This document shows, in pieces, positions 1 through 13,220 of a stretch of 64,000 nt of DNA. Position 1 is the first letter of the stretch, and each line of letters starts with the position of its first letter. Both the position numbers and the translations under genes were made by a program. The notes below the pieces were generated by a model that did no database searches, was not told the DNA's origin, and worked only from the letters and a program-made list of their open reading frames with translations. Source of the stretch: Auanema rhodensis. Lineage: Eukaryota; Animalia; Nematoda. The DNA lies in contig OZ059900.1 in NCBI GenBank assembly GCA_964057225.1, positions 15,128,001 through 15,192,000 on the forward strand, written 5' to 3'.

Positions 1-3000
1 TATTAGCCATAAGGGGCGTGCCCTCAGAATATGCTAATTTCCTTAATTTTCTAACCCCTGTTTTTTTGTCGTGAAAGTGGAACTAGACGTTGTACGAACA
101 ATTTTGAGCTAGGTTTCATTGACATTGCATGAGGTTGAACACATGAAATCGTAAGTCAAAACCTTGTTTACAGCGAAATTTCCAAAAACTTCTTTTCCAG
201 TATAATAAAATATTTCTCATGGGAAATACTGTGTTTTTGTATTCTTCTAGTGTTCAGCATGTAAAATGCTTCATTTTAGTATGTAACACGCTGAAATTCG
301 TTGCATTTGACGACTCATATGAACAAAAATCGATTTAATCAATATTAGCCATAAGGGGCGTGCCCTCAGAATATGCTAATTTCCTTAATTTTCTAACCCC
401 TGTTTTTTTTGTCGTGAAAGTGGAACTAGACGTTGTACAAACAATTTTGAGCTAGGTTTCATTGACATTGCATGAGTTTGAACACATGAAATCGTAAGTC
501 AAAACCTTGTTTACAGCGAAATTTCCAAAAACTGGTTTTCCAGCATAATAAAATATTTCTCATGAGAAATACTGTGTTTTTGTATTTTTCTAGTGTTCAG
601 CATGTAAAATGCTTCATTTAAGTATGTAACACGCTGAAATTCGTTGCATTTGACGACTCATATGAACAAAAATCGATTTAATCAATATTAGCCATAAGGG
701 GCGTGCCCTCAGAATATGCTAATTTCCTTAATTTTCTAACCCCTGTTTTTTTGTCGTGAAAGTGGAACTAGACGTTGTACGAACAATTTTGAGCTAGGTT
801 TCATTGACATTGCATGAGTTTGAACACATGAAATCGTAAGTCAAAACCTTGTTTACAGCGAAATTTCCAAAAACTGGTTTTCCAGCATAATAAAATATTT
901 CTCATGGGAAATACTGTGTTTTTGTATTTTTCTAGTGTCCAGCATGTAAAATGCTTCATTTTAGTATGTAACACGCTGAAATTCGTTGCATTTGACGACT
1001 CATATGAACAAAAATCGATTTAATCAATATTAGCCATAAGGGGCGTGCCCTCAGAATATGCTAATTTCCTTAATTTTCTAACCCCTGTTTTTTTGTCGTG
1101 AAAGTGGAACTAGACGTTGTACGAACAATTTTGAGCTAGGTTTCCATGACATTGCATGAGTTTGAACACATGAAATCGTAAGTCAAAACCTTGTTTACAG
1201 CGAAATTTCCAAAAACTGGTTTTCCAGCATAATAAAATATTTCTCATGAGAAATACTGTGTTTTTGTATTTTTCTAGTGTTCAGCATGTAAAATGCTTCA
1301 CTTAAGTATGTAACACGCTGAAATTCGTTGCATTTGACGACTGATATGAACAAAAATCGATTTAATCAATTTTAGACATAAGGGGCGTGCCCTCAGAATA
1401 TGCTAATTTCCTTAATTTTCTAACCCCTGTTTTTTTGTCGTGAAAGTGGAACTAGACGTTGTACGAACAATTTTGAGCTAGGTTTCATTGACATTGCATG
1501 AGTTTGAACACATGAAATCGTAAGTCAAAACCTTGTTTACAGCGAAATTTCCAAAAACTGGTTTTCCAGCATAATAAAATATTTCTCATGAGAAATACTG
1601 TGTTTTTGTAACTTTCTAGTGTTCAGCATGTAAAATGCTTCATTTAAGTATGTAACACGCTGAAATTCGTTGCATTTGACGACTCATATGAACAAAAATC
1701 GATTTAATCAATATTAGCCATAAGGGGCGTGCCCTCAGAATATGCTAATTTCCTTAATTTTCTAACCCCTGTTTTTTTGTCGTGAAAGTGGAACTAGACG
1801 TTGTACGAACAATTTTGAGCTAGGTTTCATTGACATTGCATGAGTCTGAACACATGAAATCGTAAGTCAAAACCTTGTTTACAGCGAAATTTCCAAAAAC
1901 TGGTTTTCCAACATAATAAAATATTTCTCATGGGAAATACTGTGTTTTTGTTTTTTTCTAGTGTTCAGCATGTAAAATGCTTCATTTTAGTATGTAACAC
2001 GCTGAAATTCGTTGCATTTGACGACTCATATGAACAAAAATCGATTTAATCAATATTAGCCATAAGGGGCGTGCCCTCAGAATATGCTAATTTCCTTAAT
2101 TTTCTAACCCCTGTTTTTTTGTCGTGAAAGTGGAACTAGACGTTGTACGAACCATTTTGAGCTAGGTTTCATTGACATTGCATGAGTTTGAACACGTGAA
2201 ATCGTAAGTCAAAACCTTGTTTACAGCGAAATTTCCAAAAACTGGTTTTCCAGCATAATAAAATATTTCTCATGGGAAATACTGTGTTTTTGTATTTTTT
2301 TAGTGTTCAGCATGTAAAATGCTTCATTTTAGTATGTAACACGCTGAAATTCGTTGCATTTGACGACTCATATGAACAAAAATCGATTTAATCAATATTA
2401 GCCATAAGGGGCGTGCCCTCAGAATATGCTAATTTCCTTAATTTTCTAACCCCTGTTTTTTTGTCGTGAAAGTGGAACTAGACGTTGTACGAACAATTTT
2501 GAGCTAGGTTTCATTGACATTGCATGAGTTTGAACACATGAAATCGTAAGTCAAAACCTTGTTTACAGCGAAATTTCCAAAAACTGGTTTTCCAGCATAA
2601 TAAAATATTTTTCATGGGAAATACTGTGTTTTTGTATTTTTCTAGTGTTCAGCATGTAAAATGCTTCATTTTAGTATGTAACACGCTGAAATTCGTTGCA
2701 TTTGACGACTCATATGAACAAAAATCGATTTAATCAATATTAGCCATAAGGGGCGTGCCCTCAGAATATGCTAATTTCCTTAATTTTCTAACCCCTGTTT
2801 TTTTGTCGTGAAAGTGGAACTAGACGTTGTACGAACAATTTTGAGCTAGGTTTCATTGACATTGCATGAGTTTGAACACATGAAATCGTAAGTCAAAACC
2901 TTGTTTACAGCGAAATTTCCAAAAACTGGTTTTCCAGCATAATAAAATATTTCTCATGAGAAATACTGTGTTTTTGTATTTTTCTAGTGTTCAGCATGTA

Positions 3001-4341
3001 AAATGCTTCATTTAAGTATGTAACACGCTGAAATTCGTTGCATTTGACGACTCATATGAACAAAAATCGATTTAATCAATATTAGCCATAAGGGGCGTGC
3101 CCTCAGAATATGCTAATTTCCTTAATTTTCTAACCCCTGTTTTTTTGTCGTGAAAGTGGAACTAGACGTTGTACGAACAATTTTGAGCTAGGTTTCATTG
3201 ACATTGCATGAGTTTGAACACATGAAATCGTAAGTCAAAACCTTGTTTACAGCGAAATTTCCAAAAACTGGTTTTCCAGCATAATAAAATATTTTTCATG
3301 GGAAATACTGTGTTTTTGTATTTTTCTAGTGTTCAGCATGTAAAATGCTTCTTTTTAGTATGTAACACGCTGAAATTCGTTGCATTTGACGACTCATATG
3401 AACAAAAATCGATTTAATCAATATTAGCCATAAGGGGCGTGCCCTCAGAATATGCTAATTTCCTTAATTTTCTAACCCCTGTTTTTTTGTCGTGAAAGTG
3501 GAACTAGACGTTGTACGAACAATTTTGAGCTAGGTTTCATTGACATTGCATGAGTTTGAACACATGAAATCGTAAGTTAAAACCTTGTTTACAGCGAAAT
3601 TTCCAAAAACTGGTTTTCCAGCATAATAAAATATTTCTCATGAGAAATACTGTGTTTTTGTATTTTTCTAGTGTTCAGCATGTAAAATGCTTCATTTTAG
3701 TATGTAACACGCTGAAATTCGTTGCATTTGACGACTCATATGAACAAAAATCGATTTAATCAATATTAGCCATAAGGGGCGTGCCCTCAGAATATGCTAA
3801 TTTCCTTAATTTTCTAACCCCTGTTTTTTGTCGTGAAAGTGGAACTAGACGTTGTAGGAATAATTTTGAGCTAGGTTTCATTGACATTGCATGAGTTTGA
3901 ACACATGAAATCGTAAGTCAAAACCTTGTTTACAGCTAAATTTCCAAAAACTGGTTTTCCAGCATAATAAAATATTTCTCATGGGAAATACTGTGTTTTT
4001 GTATTTTTCTAGTGTTCAGCATGTAAAATGCTTCATTTTAGTATGTAACACGCTGAAATTCGTTGCATTTGACGACTCATATGAACAAAAATCGATTTAA
4101 TCAATATTAGCCATAAGGGGCGTGCCCTCAGAATATGCTAATTTCCTTAATTTTCTAACCCCTGTTTTTTGTCGTGAAAGTGGAACTAGACGTTGTACGA
4201 ACAATTTTGAGCTAGGTTTCATTGACATTGCATGAGTTTGAACACATGAAATCGTAAGTCAAAACCTTGTTTACAGCGAAATTTCCAAAAACTGGTTTTC
4301 CAGCATAATAAAATATTTCTCATGGGAAATACTGTGTTTTT
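1..4341 (+). repeat. 342-bp satellite DNA, block 1 (~12.7 monomers, continues left of window)
   Basis: TATTAGCCATAAGGGGCGTGCCCTCAG recurs at 1, 343, 686, 1028 and onward; period 341-343 bp, with only scattered SNPs between monomers. Confidence 0.99.
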
Positions 4342-7300
4342 ATTAGCATATTCTGAGGGCACGCCCCTTATGACTAATATTGATTAAATCGATTTTTGTT
4401 CATATGAGTCGTCAAATGCAACGAATTTCAGCGTGTTACATACTAAAATGAAGCTTTTTACATGCTGAACACTAGAAAAATACAAAAACACAGTATTTCC
4501 CATGAGAAATATTTTATTATGCTGGAAAACCAGTTTTTGGAAATTTCGCTGTAAACAAGGTTTTGACTTACGATTTCATGTGTTCAAACTCATGCAATGT
4601 CAATGAAACCTAGCTCAAAATTGTTCGTACAACGTCTAGTTCCACTTTCACGACAAAAAAACAGGGGTTAGAAAATTAAGGAAATTAGCATATTCTGAGG
4701 GCACGCCCCTTATGGCTAATATTGATTAAATCGATTTTTGTTCATATGAGTCGTCAAATGCAACGAATTTCAGCGTGTTACATACTAAAATGAAGCATTC
4801 TACATGCTGAACACTAGAAAAATACAAAAACACAGTATTTCCCATGAGAAATATTTTATTATGCTGGAAAACCAGTTTTTGGAAATTTCGCTCTAAACAA
4901 AGTTTTGACTTACGATTTCATGTGTTCAAACTCATGCAATGTCAATAAAACCTAGCTCAAAATTGTCTGTACAACGTCTAGTTCCACTTTCACGACAAAA
5001 AACAGGGGTTAGAAAATTAAGGAAATTAGCATATTCTGAGGGCACGCCCCTTATGGCTAATATTGATTAAATCGATTTTTGTTCATATGAGTCGTCAAAT
5101 GCAACGAATTTCAGCGTGTTACATACTAAAATGAAGCATTTTACATGCTGAACACTAGAAAAATACAAAAACACAGTATTTCCCATGAGAAATATTTTAT
5201 TATGCTGGAAAACCAGTTTTTGGAAATTTCGCTCTAAACAAGGTTTTGACTTACGATTTCATGTGTTCAAACTCATGCAATGTCAATAAAACCTAGCTCA
5301 AAATTGTTTGTACAACGTCTAGTTCCACTTTCACGACAAAAAACACGGATTAAAAAATTAAGGAAATTAGCATATTCTGAGGGCACGCCCCTTATAGCTA
5401 ATATTGATTAAATCGATTTTTGCTCATATGAGTCGTCAAATGCAACGAATTTCAGCGTGTTACATACTAAAATGAAGCATTTTACATGCTGAACACTAGA
5501 AAAATACAAAAACACAGTATTTCCCATGAGAAATATTTTATTATGCTGGAAAACCAGTTTTTGGAAATTTCGCTGTAAACAAGGTTTTGACTTACGATTT
5601 CATGTGTTCAAACTCATGCAATGTCAATGAAACCTAGCTCAAAATTGTTCGTACAACGTCTAGTTCCACTTTCACGACAAAAAAACAGGGGTTAGAAAAT
5701 TAAGGAAATTAGCATATTCTGAGGGCACGCCCCTTATGGCTAATATTGATTAAATCGATTTTTGTTCATATGAGTCGTCAAATGCAACGAATTTCAGCGT
5801 GTTACATACTAAAATGAAGCATTTTACATGCTGAACACTAGAAAAATACAAAAACACAGTATTTCCCATGAGAAATATTTTATTATGCTGGAAAACCAGT
5901 TTTTGGAAATTTCGCTGTAAACAAGGTTTTGACTTACGATTTCATGTGTTCAAACTCATGCAATGTCAATGAAACCTAGCTCAAAATTGTTCGTACAACG
6001 TCTAGTTCCACTTTCACGACAAAAAAACAGGGGTTAAAAAATTAAGGAAATTAGCATATTCTGAGGGCACGCCCCTTATGGCTAATATTGATTAAATCGA
6101 TTTTTGTTCATATGAGTCGTCAAATGCAACGAATTTCAGCGTGTTACATACACTAAAATGAACCATTTTACATGCTGAACACTAGAAAAATACAAAAACA
6201 CAGTATTTCCCATGAGAAATATTTTATTATGCTGGAAAACCAGTTTTTGGAAATTTCGCTGTAAACAAGGTTTTGACTTACGATTTCATGTGTTCAAACT
6301 CATGCAATGTCAATGAAACCTAGCTCAAAATTGTTCGTACAACGTCTAGTTCCACTTTCACGACAAAAAACAGGGGTTAGAAAATTAAGGAAATTAGCAT
6401 ATTCTGAGGGCACGCCCCTTATGGCTAATATTGATTAAATCGATTTTTGTTCATATGAGTCGTCAAATGCAACGAATTTCAGCGTGTTACATACTAAAAT
6501 GAAGCATTTCACATGCTGAACACTAGAAAAATACAAAAACACAGTATTTCCCATGAGAAATATTTTATTATGCTGGAAAACCAGTTTTTGGAAATTTCGC
6601 TGTAAACAAGGTTTTGACTTACGATTTCATGTGTTCAAACTCATGCAATGTCAATGAAACCTAGCTCAAAATTGTTCGTACAACGTCTAGTTCCACTTTC
6701 ACGACAAAAAAACAGGGGTTAGAAAATTAAGGAAATTAGCATATTCTGAGGGCACGCCCCTTATGGCTAATATTGATTAAATCGATTTTTGTTCATATGA
6801 GTCGTCAAATGCAACGAATTTCAGCGTGTTACATACTAAAATGAAGCATTTTACATGCTGAACACTAGAAAAATACAAAAACACAGTATTTCCCATGAGA
6901 AATATTTTATTATGCTGGAAAACCAGTTTTTGGAAATTTCGCTCTAAACAAGGTTTTGACTTACGATTTCATGTGTTCAAACTCATGCAATGTCAATAAA
7001 ACCTAGCTCAAAATTGTTTGTACAACGTCTAGTTCCACTTTCACGACAAAAAACAGGGGTTAGAAAATTAAGGAAACTAGCATATTCTGAGGGCACGCCC
7101 CTTATGGCTAATATTGATTAAATCGATTTTTGTTCATATGAGTCGTCAAATGCAACGAATTTCAGCGTGTTACATACTAAAATGAAGCATTTTACATGCT
7201 GAACACTAGAAAAATACAAAAACACAGTATTTCCCATGAGAAATATTTTATTATGCTGGAAAACCAGTTTTTGGAAATTTCGCTGTAAACAAGGTTTTGG

Positions 7301-10300
7301 CTTACGATTTCATGTGTTCAAACTCATGCAATGTCAATGAAACCTAGCTCAAAATTGTTCGTACAACGTCTAGTTCCACTTTCACGACAAAAAAACAGGG
7401 GTTAAAAAATTAAGGAAATTAGCATATTCTGAGGGCACGCCCCTTATGGCTAATATTGATTAAATCGATTTTTGTTCATATGAGTTGTCAAATGCAACGA
7501 ATTTCAGCGTGTTACATACACTAAAATGAACCATTTTACATGCTGAACACTAGAAAAATACAAAAACACAGTATTTCCCATGAGAAATATTTTATTATAC
7601 TGGAAAAGAAGTTTTTGGAAATTTCGCTGTAAACAAGGTTTTGACTTACGATTTCATGTGTTCAAACTCATGCAATGTCAATGAAACCTAGCTCAAAATT
7701 GTTCGTACAACGTCTAGTTCCACTTTCACGACAAAAAAACAGGGGTTAGAAAATTAAGGAAATTAGCATATTCTGAGGGCACGCCCCTTATGGCTAATAT
7801 TGATTAAATCGATTTTTGTTCATATGAGTCGTCAAATGCAACGAATTTCAGCGTGTTACATACTAAAATGAAGCATTTTACATGCTGAACACTAGAAAAA
7901 TACAAAAACACAGTATTTCCCATGAGAAATATTTTATTATGCTGGAAAACCAGTTTTTGGAAATTTCGCTGTAAGCAAGGTTTTGACTTACGATTTCATG
8001 TGTTCAAACTCATGCGATGTCAATGAAACCTAGCTCAAAATTGTTCGTACAACGTCTAGTTCCACTTTCACGACAAAAAAACAGGGGTTAGAAAATTAAG
8101 GAAATTAGCATATTCTGAGGGCACGCCCCTTATGGCTAATATTGATTAAATCGATTTTTGTTCATATGAGTCGTCAAATGCAACGAATTTCAGCGTGTTA
8201 CATACTAAAATGAAGCATTTTACATGCTGAACACTAGAAAAATACAAAAACACAGTATTTCCCATGAGAAATATTTTATTATGCTGGAAAACCAGTTTTT
8301 GGAAATTTCGCTGTAAACAAGGTTTTGACTTACGATTTCATGTGTTCAAACTCATGCAATGTCAATGAAACCTAGCTCAAAATTGTTCGTACAACGTCTA
8401 GTTCCACTTTCACGACAAAAAAACAGGGGTTAGAAAATTAAGGGAATTAGCATATTCTGAGGGCACGCCCCTTATGGCTAATATTGATTAAATCGATTTT
8501 TGTTCATATGAGTCGTCAAATGCAACGAATTTCAGCGTGTTACATACTAAAATGAAGCATTTTACATGCTGAACACTAGAAAAATACAAAAACACAGTAT
8601 TTCCCATGAGAAATATTTTATTATGCTGGAAAACCAGTTTTTGGAAATTTCGCTGTAAACAATGTTTTGACTTACGATTTCATGTGTTCAAACTCATGCA
8701 ATGTCAATGAAACCTAGCTCAAAATTGTTCGTACAACGTTTAGTTCCACTTTCACGACAAAAAAACAGGGGTTAGAAAATTAAGGAAATTAGCATATTCT
8801 GAGGGCACGCCCCTTATGGCTAATATTGATTAAATCGATTTTTGTTCATATGAGTCGTCAAATGCAACGAATTTCAGCGTGTTACATACTAAAATGAAGC
8901 ATTTTACATGCTGAACACTAGAAAAATACAAAAACACAGTATTTCCCATGAGAAATATTTTATTATGCTGGAAAACCAGTTTTTGGAAATTTCGCTGTAA
9001 ACAAGGTTTTGACTTACGATTTCATGTGTTCAAACTCATGCAATGTCAATGAAACCTAGCTCAAAATTGTTCGTACAACGTTTAGTTCCACTTTCACGAC
9101 AAAAAAACAGGGGTTAGAAAATTAAGGAAATTAGCATATTCTGAGGGCACGCCCCTTATGGCTAATATTGATTAAATCGATTTTTGTTCATATGAGTCGT
9201 CAAATGCAACGAATTTCAGCGTGTTACATACTAAAATGAAGCATTTTACATGCTGAACACTAGAAAAATACAAAAACACAGTATTTCCCATGAGAAATAT
9301 TTTATTATGCTGGAAAACCAGTTTTTGGAAATTTCGCTGTAAACAAGGTTTTGACTTACGATTTCATGTGTTCAAACTCATGCAATGTCAATGAAACCTA
9401 GCTCAAAATTGTTCGTACAACGTCTAGTTCCACTTTCACGACAAAAAAACAGGGGTTAGAAAATTAAGGAAATTAGCATATTCTGAGGGCACGCCCCTTA
9501 TGGCTAATATTGATTAAATCGATTTTTGTTCATATGAGTCGTCAAATGCAACGAATTTCAGCGTGTTACATACTAAAATGAATCATTTTACATGCTGAAC
9601 ACTAGAAAAATACAAAAACACAGTATTTCCCATGAGAAATATTTTATTATGCTGGAAAACCAGTTTTTGGAAATTTCGCTGTAAACAAGGTTTTGACTTA
9701 CGATTTCATGTGTTCAAACTCATGCAATGTCAATGAAACCTAGCTCAAAATTGTTCGTACAACGTCTAGTTCCACTTTCACGACAAAAAAACAGGGGTTA
9801 GAAAATTAAGGAAATTAGCATATTCTGAGGGCACGCCCCTTATGGCTAATATTGATTAAATCGATTTTTGTTCATATGAGTCGTCAAATGCAACGAATTT
9901 CAGCGTGTTACATACACTAAAATGAACCATTTTACATGCTGAACACTAGAAAAATACAAAAACACAGTATTTCCCATGAGAAATATTTTATTATGCTGGA
10001 AAACCAGTTTTTGGAAATTTCGCTCTAAACAAGGTTTTGACTTACGATTTCATGTGTTCAAACTCATGCAATGTCAATAAAACCTAGCTCAAAATTGTTT
10101 GTACAACGTCTAGTTCCACTTTCACGACAAAAAACAGGGGTTAGAAAATTAAGGAAATTAGTATATTCTGAGGGCACGCCCCTTATAGCTAATATTGATT
10201 AAATCGATTTTTGTTCATATGAGTCGTCAAATGCAACGAATTTCAGCGTGTTACATACTAAAATGAAGCATTTTACATGCTGAACACTAGAAAAATACAA

Positions 10301-12710
10301 AAACACAGTATTTCCCATGAGAAATATTTTATTATGCTGGAAAACCAGTTTTTGGAAATTTCGCTGTAAACAAGGTTTTGACTTACGATTTCATGTGTTC
10401 AAACTCATGCAATGTCAATGAAACCTAGCTCAAAATTGTTCGTACAACGTCTAGTTCCACTTTCACGACAAAAAAACAGGGGTTAGAAAATTAAGGAAAT
10501 TAGCATATTCTGAGGGCACGCCCCTTATGGCTAATATTGATTAAATCGATTTTTGTTCATATGAGTCGTCAAATGCAACGAATTTCAGCGTGTTACATAC
10601 TAAAATGAAGCATTTTACATGCTGAACACTAGAAAAATACAAAAACACAGTATTTCCCATGAGAAATATTTTATTATGCTGGAAAACCAGTTTTTGGAAA
10701 TTTCGCTGTAAACAAGGTTTTGACTTACGATTTCATGTGTTCAAACTCATGCAATGTCAATGAAACCTAGCTCAAAATTGTTCGTACAACGTCTAGTTCC
10801 ACTTTCACGACAAAAAAAACAGGGGTTAGAAAATTAAGGAAATTAGCATATTCTGAGGGCACGCCCCTTATGGCTAATATTGATTAAATCGATTTTTGTT
10901 CATATGAGTCGTCAAATGCAACGAGTTTCAGCGTGTTACATACACTAAAATGAACCATTTTACATGCTGAACACTAGAAAAATACAAAAACACAGTATTT
11001 CCCATGAGAAATATTTTATTATGCTGGAAAACCAGTTTTTGGAAATTTCGCTCTAAACAAGGTTTTGACTTACGATTTCATGTGTTCAAACTCATGCAAT
11101 GTCAATAAAACCTAGCTCAAAATTGTTTGTACAACGTCTAGTTCCACTTTCACGACAAAAAACAGGGGTTAGAAAATTAAGGAAATTAGCATATTCTGAG
11201 GGCACGCCCCTTATAGCTAATATTGATTAAATCGATTTTTGTTCATATGAGTCGTCAAATGCAACGAATTTCAGCGTGTTACATACTAAAATGAAGCATT
11301 TTACATGCTGAACACTAGAAAAATACAAAAACACAGTATTTCCCATGAGAAATATTTTATTATGCTGGAAAACCAGTTTTTGGAAATTTCGCTGTAAACA
11401 AGGTTTTGACTTACGATTTCATGTGTTCAAACTCATGCAATGTCAATGAAACCTAGCTCAAAATTGTTCGTACAACGTCTAGTTCCACTTTCACGACAAA
11501 AAAACAGGGGTTAGAAAATTAAGGAAATTAGCATATTCTGAGGGCACGCCCCTTATGGCTAATATTGATTAAATCGATTTTTGTTCATATGAGTCGTCAA
11601 ATGCAACGAATTTCAGCGTGTTACATACTAAAATGAAGCATTTTACATGCTGAACACTAGAAAAATACAAAAACACAGTATTTCCCATGAGAAATATTTT
11701 ATTATGCTGGAAAACCAGTTTTTGGAAATTTCGCTGTAAACAAGGTTTTGACTTACGATTTCATGTGTTCAAACTCATGCAATGTCAATGAAACCTAGCT
11801 CAAAATTGTTCGTACAACGTCTAGTTCCACTTTCACGACAAAAAAACAGGGGTTAAAAAATTAAGGAAATTAGCATATTCTGAGGGCACGCCCCTTATGG
11901 CTAATATTGATTAAATCGATTTTTGTTCATATGAGTCGTCAAATGCAACGAATTTCAGCGTGTTACATACACTAAAATGAACCATTTTACATGCTGAACA
12001 CTAGAAAAATACAAAAACACAGTATTTCCCATGAGAAATATTTTATTATGCTGGAAAACCAGTTTTTGGAAATTTCGCTGTAAACAAGGTTTTGACTTAC
12101 GATTTCATGTGTTAAAACTCATGCAATGTCAATGAAACCTAGCTCAAAATTGTTCGTACAACGTCTAGTTCCACTTTCACGACAAAAAAACAGGGGTTAG
12201 AAAATTAAGGAAATTAGCATATTCTGAGGGCACGCCCCTTATGACTAATATTGATTAAATCGATTTTTGTTCATATGAGTCGTCAAATGCAACGAATTTC
12301 AGCGTGTTACATACACTAAAATGAACCATTTTACATGCTGAACACTAGAAAAATACAAAAACACAGTATTTCCCATGAGAAATATTTTATTATGCTGGAA
12401 AACCAGTTTTTGGAAATTTCGCTCTAAACAAGGTTTTGACTTACGATTTCATGTGTTCAAACTCATGCAATGTCAATAAAACCTAGCTCAAAATTGTTTG
12501 TACAACGTCTAGTTCCACTTTCACGACAAAAAACAGGGGTTAGAAAATTAAGGAAATTAGTATATTCTGAGGGCACGCCCCTTATAGCTAATATTGATTA
12601 AATCGATTTTTGTTCATATGAGTCGTCAAATGCAACGAATTTCAGCGTGTTACATACTAAAATGAAGCATTTTACATGCTGAACACTAGAAAAATACAAA
12701 AACACAGTAT
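4342..12710 (-). repeat. 342-bp satellite, block 2, inverted (~24.5 monomers)
   Basis: Reverse complement of the block 1 monomer (ATTAGCATATTCTGAGGGCACGCCCCTTATGGCTAAT...) starts at 4342. Confidence 0.99.
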
Positions 12711-12782
12711 CTCCCCGGCCGGGAATTGAACCCGGGTCTCGCATGTGACAGACGCGGATACTCACCACTATACTACCGAGGA
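12711..12782 (-). tRNA. tRNA-Asp(GTC)
   Basis: TCCTCGGTAGTATAGTGGTGAGTATCCGCGTCTGTCACATGCGAGACCCGGGTTCAATTCCCGGCCGGGGAG, 72 nt. Acceptor stem TCCTCGG/CCGGGGA, anticodon arm CGCGT-CT GTC AC-ATGCG, T arm CCGGG-TTCAATT-CCCGG, discriminator G, A and B boxes present, no encoded CCA. Confidence 0.95.
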
Positions 12783-13139
12783 TTGAATTTGCACTTAGAA
12801 ACTTTCATTAAGAGTGTGAGTTTGAATTATAGTAGAAAAATGAAACACTGTCTCTAACATATCTTGATTTATGGCCTACTTTACTCAAAGAGCTAATTGA
12901 AGTTTGGTGTTAAAATGAACAATTGATTAACGCTGACGTTTCAATTTTTTTCATCGTAATTGAGATAGAACATTTAAATTAAATGGAAGTGTTTAAAAAT
13001 TTAGAAAAAATCACAAGCTCAAATCACTTTTGAAAAAACAGAAAGTTTAAAACAACCTTTTTTCTAATAATTATCTTTTTAATTCGACTTTTGGAAGAAA
13101 ACAAAAATAGCATAACATTCAATAACGATGAATCAGAAC

Positions 13140-13144
13140 AAAAA
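13140..13144 (-). terminator. Pol III oligo-T terminator (representative; present in each full unit)
   Basis: Minus strand reads ...GGGGAG-AATG-TTTTT. Confidence 0.8.
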
Positions 13145-13148
13145 CATT

Positions 13149-13220
13149 CTCCCCGGCCGGGAATTGAACCCGGGTCTCGCATGTGACAGACGCGGATACT
13201 CACCACTATACTACCGAGGA
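13149..13220 (-). tRNA. tRNA-Asp(GTC)
   Basis: Identical to the consensus copy; T5 run 4 nt downstream. Confidence 0.96.

Noticed and set aside
45-60. Telomere-like CTAACCCC / TTAGC motifs, or an elimination break motif
   Set aside because: Single non-tandem occurrences; no TTAGGC or TTAGGG arrays anywhere in the window
66-82. CENP-B box-like TGTCGTGAAAGTGG(A/G)A
   Set aside because: Fails the TTCG-N4-A-N2-CGGG core in both sequence and spacing
1-342. Assignment to a named satellite family or species, or to a centromere
   Set aside because: Monomer length alone is not diagnostic; this needs a BLAST search and CENP-A data
12711-13148. tRNA-derived SINE
   Set aside because: The gene is a full, non-degenerate cloverleaf with an immediate terminator, in tandem rather than dispersed, with no tail or target-site duplication
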